A stretch of DNA of 64,000 bases from Psammoneis japonica. Its lineage: Eukaryota. A program made the position numbers and the translations under genes. Position 1 is the stretch's first letter; the number at the start of each line of letters is the position of its first letter. Location: the NCBI GenBank assembly GCA_008632985.1, contig QPGO01000009.1:248001-312000 (forward strand), read 5' to 3'. Shown here piece after piece: positions 48,641 through 61,229 of this stretch. Below the pieces are notes generated by a model. It saw only the letters and a program-made list of their open reading frames with translations. It was not told the origin of the DNA and searched no databases.

Positions 48641-50469
48641 TGGGCAGCTTCTTGTTGAGGAGGAGGAGGAGGAGGAAAAGGAGGAGGAGAAGGAGGAACA
48701 TGTTGGCAGGAGGAAGTGCTGCAGCTGCAGCGCCCCCTGTCTCTGGGGGCTGCTGCTCTGGCTCTTTGTGGGCACACATCCAGCAACATGGTTGTGCTGT
48801 CTGAGACCACCTGCTCAACCAACTCAACAACCCCAACCCTGCAAGTTTCAACCATGATGAGAAGCAACATCAACAAAAGTTGTTGCATGCATGTGGATCA
48901 GCTGCAAAGATCAGCTGCAGTGCAGCAGCCCCACAGACACAAGCACTGGAGACAAACAAAAAAGCTGTGTGGGCCAGCACAAATGTGAAAATTTCTTTCT
49001 CAACAAGAGCTGGCCAAGATCACAAAAATGAAACATGCGCCAGTCTCTTTTGAAAACAGACATGCTGCACTTGGCTGAAGCAGTGCTCAGCACCCGGCAC
49101 CCAGCTGCCAAAAACAAATGACAACTCACAAGCAAAATGCGCTGGCAGCGAAGACCAGCTGCACAACAAAGTGCTTCATTCAAGTTGACCCAAACAGTTT
49201 GAAGCTTCAAAAACAAGTGCAATGAGAGGCCTTTTAAAAAAAATGACCACTTTGTCTGGAAAATGTCGTTGCTCTTGTTTAGAATCCATTCTTTCTTGTC
49301 AAGAATCCTGCTCTCTTAACAAGGGTTCATTGATGCTGCACAAATGCATTTTGACAATTTTGTTTCAACATGCCAAGTGGGATTTAAGACTTAAAATGAA
49401 TCAGTTTCACTCTGAATGCAGTCTTGATGATCAGCGAACAATTGTCATTTTGGAATCCGCCAACAATCAAAACAACATTCCAAGCAGGAAATGAGTCTCA
49501 ATGAAATCTGTTGTGCTCTGATGTGCACGTCTCATCCAGCATTTGCTGACTGCAATTCACCTGCATTGTTCAGTTCTGACAAACAATGAAGCTCATTTGC
49601 GCTGATGACTTCACAATGCACAGTTGTTTTGCTGTTTAATTTCTGGTTTGTGTCAGCTCTAACATGTCATTTCCACACTAAAAGAAAGGCACTGTCTTGT
49701 TTCCTGTTCCTCGTCCATGTTGTTTCTTTTCCCTTGCAAGTTCCCTTTTGTCCTCCATTGCCAACACACCATGTTGTCCTGCACTTGCAGAGGGTCGATC
49801 CCCTCCAATCACTGTCTCTCCATGGTCTGTCTCAGAAGTGTCCGGCAGCTGTTGCAACCCCACTCTTGCCTCTTGCCCATCTCTTTTCTTGCCCACGGCC
49901 TTTCCTGAAACCTGAGAAGACAGTGTGCAAATGTTCTTCAGTGTTTGGCATTTCTGTTGTGTTTGACCTGCTTGTCAAACTGTTGCTGCTCACCTTTTTC
50001 CATCTGCATCTCCATCACTCTCCTCTGCGCTCACTTGCTGTGTTGTCACAATGCCTGTGTGCAATGTGAGATGATTCCTGTTTGGTGCATGTCTGTCATG
50101 TTCGCACAGCTCATCACACTGCTGCTGCTGCTCACCTTTTTTGCATTCCTTCCCCCCTGACTCTCTTGTGCACTCACTTGCTGTGTCGCAACGATGCCTG
50201 TGTGCAACGTGCAATGTTTCCCATCAGTGCAAGTTTGTGTGCCTCACTTGTCCCAGGTCACTGTCTCTCTGTCTCATGCCTTGTGTCCCACATTTCCCCC
50301 TTCTCCTCTGCAACTCCACCTCCTCTCCCCGCCACTCTCTCCCTCATGGTCTTGGCTCTCCCGTGTGTTTTTGTGCTTTGTGTCGTGTGAGGAAATGATG
50401 ATGGCTGATGTTTTTGCAGCAATGTTGAGCCTGTCTGCCTGGTGATTCCTGCCAGCATTGGTTTTTAAG

Positions 50470-52700
50470 TGACAATTTTTTTAAATTCCATGCTCACATT
50501 CAGTTTTAAAGGTTTGAATGATTTGAAACAACTTGGTGAATTGTCCAGTCATCAAGGTTTTGCACATGTGTCAGCAGTTGGTCAACCCCTCATTTTTCAT
50601 CGTGTCAATGTGTTCTTGTTAAGAAGCAAATTGTCGCAGTCTTGCTGTGCAGGTGGAGCTGGCAAATCTCAAGCTTCATCACGTCAATGTGTTCTTGTTG
50701 AGATGCAAAATTTTCACAGTCTTGCTGCGCAGGTGGAGCTGGCAATTCTCAAGCTCAATCTCAGCCACAGGAGCACAGCAGCAGGAGCCCTCAGAGAAAC
50801 CAAGGCTGTGCTGCCACAGCTGCTGCAGCACCAGCTGATGGTCCCAACCCAGCAACTGCTGCCACTGTTGCTGCCTGCACAATGACAAAGCCAGCGCCCA
50901 TCATGCCAATGTGGGCTCGCACCATTCTCCAGCAATTGAAACCAAAAATCTTGAATTTCTCATGCACTGGTGTGACAAAATTTCCTGCAATTGCTGTTGC
51001 ATGCCCTGGCACCCAACGGAGTCTCCCACAGCCATCCTGCGATGACAAGTGGTCACTTGCAAGCTGTCACTCAGATGGCTTCATGGTCTCTGCACAGGTG
51101 TGTTGGCTGGGCCAAAGAAGCCCCCAGTCATGTCAGAGAGAAAAGGGGCCACATTGACACAAGACAAGCCTTTGCTCCCCAACCAAGGTTGTTGCCAGCT
51201 CTTGGGCTCCTGGGACACAATGGAGTCACCCAAGGCTGGCAAAAGATGTCTGGTCTGCTGAAGCAAGCTCATCACATCAGAAAGAAAAGTGGCTGCATCT
51301 GCCCAAGACAAGGCTTTTCCTTCCCAACCACCATTGTTGTTGCCTCCTCCTGGACCCAACAGAGTCTCTCTTGTGCCCGCCCCCAGACCACTGAGTGCTT
51401 GCACTGTCACACAGATGGCTCCCTTGTCTTTCTTGCAGGTTGAGCCACCAAAAGCCATCCCCAGGTGATGGAGTGTTTGCGCTGTCATGCAGACAGCTCC
51501 CTTGTCTTTCTTGCAGGTTGAGCAGCCACCAAAAGCCGTCCCAAGACAATGGTGGAGTGCTTGCACCATCACACAGATGGTCCCTTGTCTTTGCAGGTTG
51601 GCTGGTGCCTGCACACCTTTTGCAGCTGGGCATCTTCTTGTGTGGAGGAATCCAGCAAGGGGCTGCTGCTGCTGCCCAAGACAAGGCTTGCAGCTTCCAA
51701 AATCAAGAGTGCAAAGACACCACTGTCAGTTGGGCCAAGAACCCACTCAACAACTGCAGGCTGAGTGCATTCTTTGGGGTCTCCATGTCATGATGCAGGT
51801 GGCAGCAACTCAAACCAATGTGCATTGATGGCAATGATGATGATCTGGCTTGGCATTTGGCAAATGTTTGCTGGAACATGGGGTCACCACCACTGCATGC
51901 TCCACTTCAGTTCTTTCTTGAGTGGCCTTGGCCTGTGCACCATTCATGGCTGTGCCGTGCACCCCTCGGCAAGCCTGTTGCTCCAGTTGGAGACACCAAG
52001 ACATGCAACCAAACTCACAACCAGACAAGGCTTTTCCTTCCCAACCATCATTGTTGTTGCCTTCTTGAGGACCCAATGGAGTCTCTTGCAAATGTCCCAA
52101 GACAACACAGAGTGCTTGTGCTGTCACACAGCACAAGCCCCTTGTCTTTCTTGCAGCAGGATGGTTCTTGGCTGGGCCAAACCCAGTCATGCCAGAGAGA
52201 CAAGGTGCCACACCGACACAAGACAATGCCTTTGCTTTCCAGCCATTGTTGGTGTTGCATTCTCTGGGACCCAATCAAGTCATCCAAGGCCACCCCAAGA
52301 CAACAAAGCACTTGCACTGTCGCACACATGGCTTTCTTGTTTTTGCAGGTGGGGTGGCTGGGCCAAGAAACCCAGTCATGTCAGAGAGACAAAGGGCTGT
52401 GTGGACACAAGACAAGGCCTTTGCTTCCCAACCATTGTTGTTGTTGCATCCTCTGTGACCCACTGGACTCCTCCAATGCCACCTCAAGACAGCTGTGAAC
52501 CTCCTTTGCCAGACTGACACGCCCTGTTTGCCACATCTGTGGGCCTGGTGTTTTCACACCTTGTGAAGCTGGGCATCTTCTTGTGTGGAGGAATCACGCC
52601 TTGGGCTGCTGCTGCTGCCCAAGACAAGGCTTGCAGCTTCCAAAATCAAGAGTGCAAAGACACCACAGTTGGGCCAAGAACCCACTCAACAAATGCACAT
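50470..52700 (+). repeat. Second copy of the family A array and flank, inverted relative to 12.3-14.3 kb
   Basis: CCCAGTCATGTCAGAGAGACAA and GCAGCTTCCAAAATCAAGAGTGCAAAGACACC are reverse complements of motifs at ~13170 and ~12530-12560. Flank AATGTGTTCTTGTTGAGAT (50687) mirrors ATCTCAACAAGAACACATT (14184). Confidence 0.85.
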
Positions 52701-54374
52701 GAGTTGGACAAACCAGCCCCTTGTCGCAAAGTGATCACAAGACGCAGCCAACAGGATTCAAGGATGTCATTGAGTCACTGGCTGCTTGCATGATCACTCA
52801 ATGTGGGCTTGCAAAGAGCCAAAAGCCAAGTCCATTGGCTTTCCCCAGCACTGAGGACAATCCATGCATCCCCAAATGTTGTTGCCTCAATGTGAGCCTG
52901 ACACATGCAGACCGGCTCAATGATGCTGCTCCTGCACAAGAGCTCGTCCAGGAGATGAAAGATCTGGTTGCACACTTTGAAAAGGATGCAGCCAAACTTG
53001 CACACAAGATGGCCTTGCATGAACTTGAAGTTGTGAAAACCAACCAAGTGCAAGAATTGGTCAATGCTGGCCTTGTTCTCTTCCAATTCTACATTGGCCA
53101 TGCAAAAGAATTCAAAGGCTCTGCAGACCCAACAACACATCAACTCAGTGGAGTGTCGCTTGTGCACTGCTTGTGTGACTCACTGCCATCAACTTTCCCA
53201 ACAGACTGCCCTTGAAACTTCTCCCAAAGAAATCATCAAGGAAGTCCAATGTCAACTTTGACATGAAGGACCTGTCAATCCCGCAGACAGCACCCCTCCC
53301 TCTGCTCAAGAGATCAAAGATGAAGACATGCAAACCCAAGAGGACACCACGTGCACTCAGGTTGCACCAGTGGCAAACTTGAACCCACTGCACGAGAGCA
53401 AATGCGTGACACACAAACTGTCAGCAGGGGAGAGAGTTGCAAAAACAGAATTGTTCAGAGAGATGAAACAGCAGCAATGGCTTTCCAAGCAGTGGCGCTG
53501 TTGCTTGCTTCATGAGATGCAAAGACCGTGCCTTGGCAAGTTTAAATCTGAGCAGCTCTTCCTGCTCTTCCCAGTGCTTCTCTTCCTGCAGCGCTGGGTG
53601 GGGGTGTGCTTGCCAAAGTCATTGTCAGGGTTCAGGCCAAAATGGAGAAAGAAGAGCACTGGAGATGCCTTTGGAAATGTCTTTGGAGAGTCAAGAAAAT
53701 GTCAAACAAGAAGAAGCAGGATGATGTGGACCGAAGCCTTCTCCTCGCTTCCGAGAACACATCTTTCCCGTTCGTCCAATCTGTTGGACACCACTCAGGT
53801 CATAAAACAGAATGGTGATGCCAAGCAAATTCTTCCATTGTCTGATGCCATTGCCCCCTTGTTTTCATTGACAGCATCATGCACCGCACTCCTTCGGCTG
53901 GCGTCTCTCTGAATTGAAGATGCTGCAGTGTTGAAGCCACTCAACAAACGTCTTGCATTTCAATTTGTGGCACCCAGAAGCTCCTTCAGCTGCTTCAACT
54001 GTCCTTGGCATTTCACTGCATTGCCCCCTGCTCTTGCACCCATGTTTCCAAGCTTTGTGGCCTGGAATCTCGAGTGCATGCCTTGTTGATTGCCTCGCAT
54101 TGGATCTCATGTCCTCAATGATGCTGCCACCTTGGGTGCACTCCCTGCGTTGGTGGTGGACACCTGACAAAGAAGGCACACCCTCCATGTGCTCGAGATG
54201 CCAGTTCCTGGCTTCCAACATGCCCGCCCCCTTGGTTGAAAAGCTCATTGCCACAACAGCCAGGAAAGCCAGAGGAGAAGGCTTTGGTGCACACTGCATT
54301 TGGCGTGAAAGATCCTTGCTCTTCACAGACCCCACTGAAGGCATGTCCAAGACAGAGTGATCTTTTCAAAACTG

Positions 54375-54879
54375 TCAACCCTTCAACCACCGGACTTGAG
54401 CAAATCTCCACGGGTGGAGATTTGCTCCCTTGCATCACAAATGCAGTGAGTGAAGCAATTTCAGATGTGGGCAATGTCAAATTTGCGCAATTTTGTTTTG
54501 GAGCGCGCACTCGCCAAAAATCTCGGGGAACCCTTTTTGCAATTTAGAAAGTTCAATGTCGACTTTTAACACCGGGTTTTTGCAAGCTGCATTTGTGAAC
54601 AGAGGAGAACCAAATCTCAACCTTTGACAATGTAGGTTGTCATGAACTGCTGTTGCAGACAGACCAACAATGCCACACCCTTGGAGCAAATCTCCGCCGG
54701 TGGAGATTTGCTCCCAATGAGCAAATGCACGTGGCGCACTTCATGCAGATTCTGTGTGACATGACATTTTTGTGCTGTGTTCATTGTGTCATTGTAAAAT
54801 TGCACGACACATCACACATCCTCAAGCAGAGCAAATCTCCACCCATGGAGACTTGCTCCCCTGGTGGTTGAAGGGTTGA
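54375..54879. mobile_element. piggyBac-like MITE (~497 bp, 54379-54875) with ~50-bp TIRs, three 30-32-bp palindromes and apparently mutated TTAA target-site duplications
   Basis: Left end TCAA|CCCTTCAACCACCGG...GAGCAAATCTCCACGGGTGGAGATTTGCTC. Right end GAGCAAATCTCCACCCATGGAGACTTGCTC...CTGGTGGTTGAAGGG|TTGA. CCC...GGG termini flanked by TTAA are the piggyBac signature. Confidence 0.75.
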
Positions 54880-57800
54880 GAAGAGATTGGAAAAAAGGAG
54901 TGTGAGCAAAGAAACAGAGTGGATGAATGAACATCAAAGCATGGGTCAGCGACAATCACAAATGGCTGATGCAAGACCACACAAGTGTGTGGCCGATGTT
55001 TCTCGCCACAAATCAAACACACACCAGCGCAAGCAAGACAGGGGATGCTTTTTGTGTCAATGCCAAAGAGACAACTGCAGCAGCATGCAACAGAGGAGAT
55101 GCATTGAACGAGTGCACATGAAAGCATGGATCATGTCAATTCCATGTTTTTTGGTGTTTCTTGTTGACACGAGAGAATGATGTTTCTCAACACAGCCCCC
55201 ACCCACAGCCTGCCCAAGACATGGGAAACTTTTCATGACCATGGTCAATCAATGTCAGCAGTGGGCATCATCAGAGGAAGTGAAATGCACGAACCACATC
55301 ATTGCGGCTGTTGGCAGTTGGCGTCGATGTGGTGTGTGGTGTGGTGTGAAAAAATGTGCGTCCGCCGACCGCGAATTGGGCCACGCAGGTAAAAAATGGC
55401 CAAATTGTTTGTGACTCAATGTTTGCAAAAATGCACAATTGACAACTGGACAGAGTTAGCACATTTGCAGCAACTTTGTTTGTCAGTGAGTTTCATGATC
55501 AAATTAAAACATTTGCAAGAATGCACCATTGACAAGTGAGAAAATTGAAGATTGGTGGACAGAGACAGCATGCATGCAACAATTTTGTTTCTCAACAAGT
55601 TTCATTCTTAATGAGCACCAAAACATGTTAGAGACATTGCAAAATGATGCAGGCAATGATCACCAGGCTGACTGGCTTGGCTCCATGGCAAAAGGCCCAT
55701 CACCACCACACGAAATGACAAAGAAACACAGGATGCATCCAAGCAGTGCACAAACAATGACAACATTGCAGGAAGGCACCAACAAAAACCAGGAGTCTTG
55801 CAGCCATTCTGCACACATGCCAGCAACAACAAAAATCCATGGGAAAGGCAAGAGGTCAGTTTGCAGCAAACAACAACAAACTGATGATGTGCTTTCTTTT
55901 GCAATTTCTTTGTTTCTTGAAACTCAGACAAGTCAACAAAAATGGCCAAGGATGACATTGTGCACAGGCCAGCAGCAGAAATGGCAGCATTGTGTCACAC
56001 TTGCCAAAGAAAACATGCCAAATTGACAACTTTTGTGCTGTTTTCTGCCAGGGATTGCTGTCACATCTCACAATGAGAAGTTGTCACAACAACTGACTCT
56101 CTTTGAAGCATGGAAGATTGGAGCATGATGAGATGTCAACACAGCCAAGACCACCAAGTTGTGGGGCAGACTGCCAGCAGAGACAATGGGGCAGAAAATG
56201 GGGTGGGGTGGCAGCAGAGGGGACAAAGGCAATGGAGAATGACAGCATGGAATGGCTGAGGGCATGCGCCAAATGTCAGATGTTGCCAGGGTGAAATCAA
56301 ACATCATCAGAAGCCAAAATTGCAAAATGTGCCAGCTGACAAATGAGCAACTCAAATTGTCAGCATTGTGCTCCAGCCAATGAGCAAGAACAGCTGGCTT
56401 GTTGATTGACACATGTGTGCGCATGCACAGAAATGAGCCATGCTTCAATTCATTGTTGTCTCCCACTTTTCTAACCCAGCTGGCAATTGACAATGCTCTG
56501 ACATTCAAAGTTGTTGTGCACTGCTGTGGTTGAGCTCAAAGCTGATCTTGTCAGGAGCCCCCTTGCACTGTGAAACCAAATCATTTCAAGAAGTCTGGCC
56601 TCCCACTTTGCCAACACAGTTGATTGTCAAAAGCCACTCATTTGCTGTCAACTGGCACTTGACAAGAGCACAAGCTTCTCATCAAGAAGCAAATTTCATT
56701 TCTGGGCCAGAGCCAACAACATTTTCCAGATGCGTGCAACATGGCCCACATGTGGTTGTGTGCTGCACACAATTTTTTTGTGCACAACTTGTGCGCACAC
56801 ATTGGCAATTGGCGCCACATCTTGTGCCTCATTCTTCTTGCAAACTCTCTCTTTTTCAGAAGGTGGGGCCACCACAACTGCACACAAACTTGCTGAGGTT
56901 CTGGAATGCACACATTTTCCTCAAAAGTGCACCCTTTGGTGTGTCCACAGAGCACACCTCCTGAGCACATGCCTGCAGCTGGCTGTGGTTTGCAAGCATG
57001 GGGGTTTTCCATGTGTCAAAAAATTGCCTCTTTCTCCATCAGCAGCAGCCACTTCTTTGCTGTTTGAAAACTCATGAAATTGCTGCAGAGTTTGTGGGTG
57101 CATCTTGCAGATTCCCACCCAGCTGACAAACAGCAGATGGCAGGCCAGCATGTGCCTTGTGGCGTGACCATTCCAGCAGAGGCAAAGGACAGGCAAGTCA
57201 GGTGTGTGTGCTGCATGAGCACCCAAGCAACTTGCGCTGGTCTCTTTGCCAAGCAGATGCGCTGCTGGCATGATTGTGTGCCACCTGAGAGCAAGCCTGC
57301 ATCACAAAGGTTGTGCACTCAGCTGCTCCCCAAAGTTGCACCAGCAAGAATTGAGACAACATGTGCAAAGCTGCGCGCATCACATGACACTCACCAAGAG
57401 GGTCCCAAGATGAGCTCAGAGCAAAGCCACATCTTTGTGAGTGGCAAATGGGGAACAAGTTTGCATGCAAAAGAGGAAACACACAATCTGCACAACTCAG
57501 TGTTTCTCAGCAAAGTGCAGCAACTCAGAAATGGCCCCACTCAAATGGGCAAACTGGCCAGAGTGGGCAGCTGCCTCTCCTGTCACTCGTTGTTCCCAGA
57601 AAGGGCCAGATGGTGCAGCTCAACAACAACTGAGTGAACACAAAGCAAGGAGCACCACACCCAACTCTGCACATGGTGCAGGGCATGTGTGTTGCTGAAA
57701 GCTGGGGGTTTCAGTGGGCAGCTTCCCTTGACTTGAACATGGTTTGCTGCCACACTCAAGTTGATGTGGCACCCCCAACAAAGAAGCTTTGCAACTTAAA

Positions 57801-60800
57801 TTTTCCACAGGGAAAGCATGAGATGCCATGTCTGCCAATGGTCTCATGTGGTGTGCCAGGCACCACTTTGGCTTTTAGAAAAAAAACAATGGTGGGGACC
57901 TTCTTCTCCAAGACTTGTCTGTTGCACAGTTGCTCACAGAGACACAAAATGACCAGCTGACAGCAACAACAAGAGAATCCCCAAAAGACCATCTCTTGAG
58001 ACACTGGACAAACTCCTTGAGAGGCTCCAGGAAGCTGGAGCTGAGGCAAGTTCCAACAAGTTGACAGTTTCCTGAGCTCACTCAGGAGCACCATGGACAT
58101 GAGGTGACAGGAGCCCATCAGCTGAAAAGTGCAGCATTGCGCACACCATGCAACTGGGGCTGGCAGCAGACACCAGCAATGCCTTGTGTCATTTGGCAGA
58201 TCTCCTCCTGCAGCAGGAAATGTGCGAGTTGGGAGAAGTGTGGGATGCTGTGCAAGCCCACACAACTTCTTGCACTCACTCAGCTGAGCAGGCACAACGA
58301 CTTCTTAGACACATGTCAACTGTGAGTGGCCTGCACATGAGGGCAGCACACTCAACTGACTGGCACTCCCAAAGTCATGATTGGTGAGCAAAAGCTCTGC
58401 ATGTGGTGATGCCACACACTGCACAGCATTTGCCAAGAGCCAAGATGAACTTGGAGCAAAGCTCTGCATTTGAGGATGAAGATGCTCACCTGTGTGCATG
58501 AAGTGAGTGCACAACTCATGCAGCCAAATGATTCATGGCAAAAACTGCTGACTCAGAAGCTGGTCTTTAAGTGCTGATGAGACAGCAATCTTTGCAACAA
58601 CTGCTCAGCACCCATCTCCTGGCAGTTTGGAGTGCAGCGCGCAAGAGGTTGGGGCAACTGAGCAAGCTGGCAAGCTCAAGAGCAAAAGGGTGCTGATTCA
58701 CAGTTGCAGTTGGTTGTGGCTGAGATGTGCAGCTGTGGCATTTGGACATCTGGCACCTCTTGCAAGATGACTTGTGAGCAAAACTTCCAAGTGGGAGGCT
58801 GGGTGCACATTGAAGACAAAGCATTGTCCTTCAATGCTGTCAAGTGTTTGCACAACATCTGAAGAAGAACTCTTGCTTGTGCACACCCAGATGATGTGTG
58901 CCAGTGCATCTGGGTGTCAACTTGGAGCAGCAACATCCCAAGACAATTGGCAACTGGCCTTTTGCTCAGCCATGCCCAGCCAAAGAACTGTGTTGCCTGC
59001 CATTGCAGAGATGCAGAAGGAGCTCAGATCTGTCTTCCTTGGGCAGCACTTTTCCACTTTTCCATGCAAGCACCCACTGGCAGCCCCTGCATGTGTTTCC
59101 ATGTGTGCTCTTGCGCTGATGTTGCCCTTTTCAGATGGCATTTTGATGGGTCCCCCAACACCCTTTTGCCCCCTTCTGCCATTGGTGCACCCTCATTTCA
59201 CCATGATGTGCAACAATTTTTAGTGCAAAATGACTGGCATTGATGCCTTGTGGCTTGCATGCTTGTTGTCTGATTTGACATTTTTTGCAGATTCGGTGCA
59301 GTTTCTGCACAGAATCCAGTGCAAATTCCACATGCTTCAGAAATGTCCACTGACAATCACAACATCTTCAATGCAATCAACTTCCATCCACACCCAAAAG
59401 CCCCCAACAACTTCTTTTGCTCCTGCCAGCTGCCCAAGTTCTTTGCCACATGTGGTGACAGCACTGCCCCTGTTGTGGTTCTTGCAAGTGTTTGGTTGGA
59501 TGAACCACCAGTGTTGCTTGACAACCATCCATTTGCTGTGTGGATTGGCATTTCTGCACAGGATTCAGCATCAATCTCATGTGAGAAAAATGTTTCTTCT
59601 GATGACCTTCTCATCACATCACCAAGACTTCCCATTTCATGCCTGCAAGTCCCAAACACACCCCCTTTTCCACTTGCTGGCCTGACAAGATCATTGCTCC
59701 TGGCAGCAAACTGTGCACTTTTGTTCCAGTGCACGCAAATGTGAAATTCAGCCAGTCTTTGTTGAAGACAAGACCTGCCCTCACAGAAGCAAGGCTTTCC
59801 CCCCAGAGTTTGCACTGACTTTGAATTCTCTGCTTGATGTGATTGTCCTTTGCTGCGGCAGTTTGGGTGCATTGAATCCTCTCCAAAAGAAAGCAACAAC
59901 CTCATTCTTGTGCAATTTTTCCCTGAACTGTTGTCTCCAGTGTGCGCAGCTGCAAAGTGGTGGCACATTGATTGGCTTGTTGCACAAACTTCTGCTGCAC
60001 CCCTTGCAGGGTGCTGCACTGGAAGTGTGGGTTGGCCAGCACTGGTGTTGCTGGACAAACAAGAGGCAATGACACTTAAAATTGGGTTTGAAATTTTGTT
60101 GTCTTCCAACAGGCAGCTGCTGCACACATGCACAGATTGTGAAAACCTTGTGCAAAGCACCCAATTCCAAGCTCGCCAAGGACATGCACTGAAGTGTTCA
60201 CCAGAGATGCCATGTCAAATGTCACCACTGTGCCAAGTGGAGACACAACCAGGATGGAAAAAGCAGAAAGAGCAAATGTGACAAGAAAGAGACAGAACTC
60301 TCCTGTGCATGGAGAGCATGCCAACATGCTGCAGGGCAATGTTGGCACTTGTCAACAAACAGGAACAAAGACCAAGTGTGACAGGGCTGACTGGTGTGCA
60401 AGCCCCGCCAGAGTTGTCTGTGCAAACAACAAGAATGGTGCATTGCACGCACAAGAGCTTGTTCCGTGACATGCGTGCACAGCCTGCCACCACGCAGATT
60501 GCACCCCCTGTCATCAGCCAGACATCTGGTGCTCTGTGACCCTTGTCATGGTGGTGTGTGCAGCATGCACTGTGCTGACAACTGGCAGATGCACCAGCAT
60601 GTGCACCCTGTGATGCGGCCCCTCTAGAGGCAAAGGACATGCACAGATGCTTGTGCTGCACACACAGGCTTGCATGGCTCACACTCATTTTGACAACTCC
60701 GCAAAGAAACCTGCATGATGAGGCATGCTGAGCTGCTGTCCAAAGAGCCATGCTGCCAAGCAAATAAAACCCAAGCACACAAAGCTTGCCAAGAGCCAAC

Positions 60801-61198
60801 AACAGACAAGATGAGCCTGAAGCAATGCTTTTTGTTCAAAAATGGCTGAAGAGAAGCTCGCTTGCGTGCATGAAGTGAGCACACAACTTGCAAAAAAAAA
60901 ACATTTCTCAGCCAAATGTGCCAACTCAGAAATTGTGTTGCAGCCATTGGCAACAACAGTGACATTTGCTGTTGCTGTCACAAACTCATTTCCAAATTTG
61001 GCACATGAGGTGCCAGAGCTGAAGTGCAGCCTTTTCAGGGCAGCTTGTGGCCATTTCCCTCATCTGCCATTGCACCTTCCTGTTGAGCCAGAGTTTTTAA
61101 GATGCCAGCCAGAGTTGACACAACAAACCTCTTGATTGATCAAACAATCTCAGAACTCAGATTGGCGAGGTTCCAAAATGACCCATGACAAACCAGTG

Positions 61199-61226
<28 letters not shown>
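61199..61226. repeat. (GT)n microsatellite
   Basis: Pure GT run read directly. Confidence 0.95.

Positions 61227-61229
<3 letters not shown>

Noticed and set aside
52721..53215. Helical protein-like ORF, possibly a retroelement ORF1 relic
   Set aside because: Only a vague resemblance, with no diagnostic motif or adjacent RT found.
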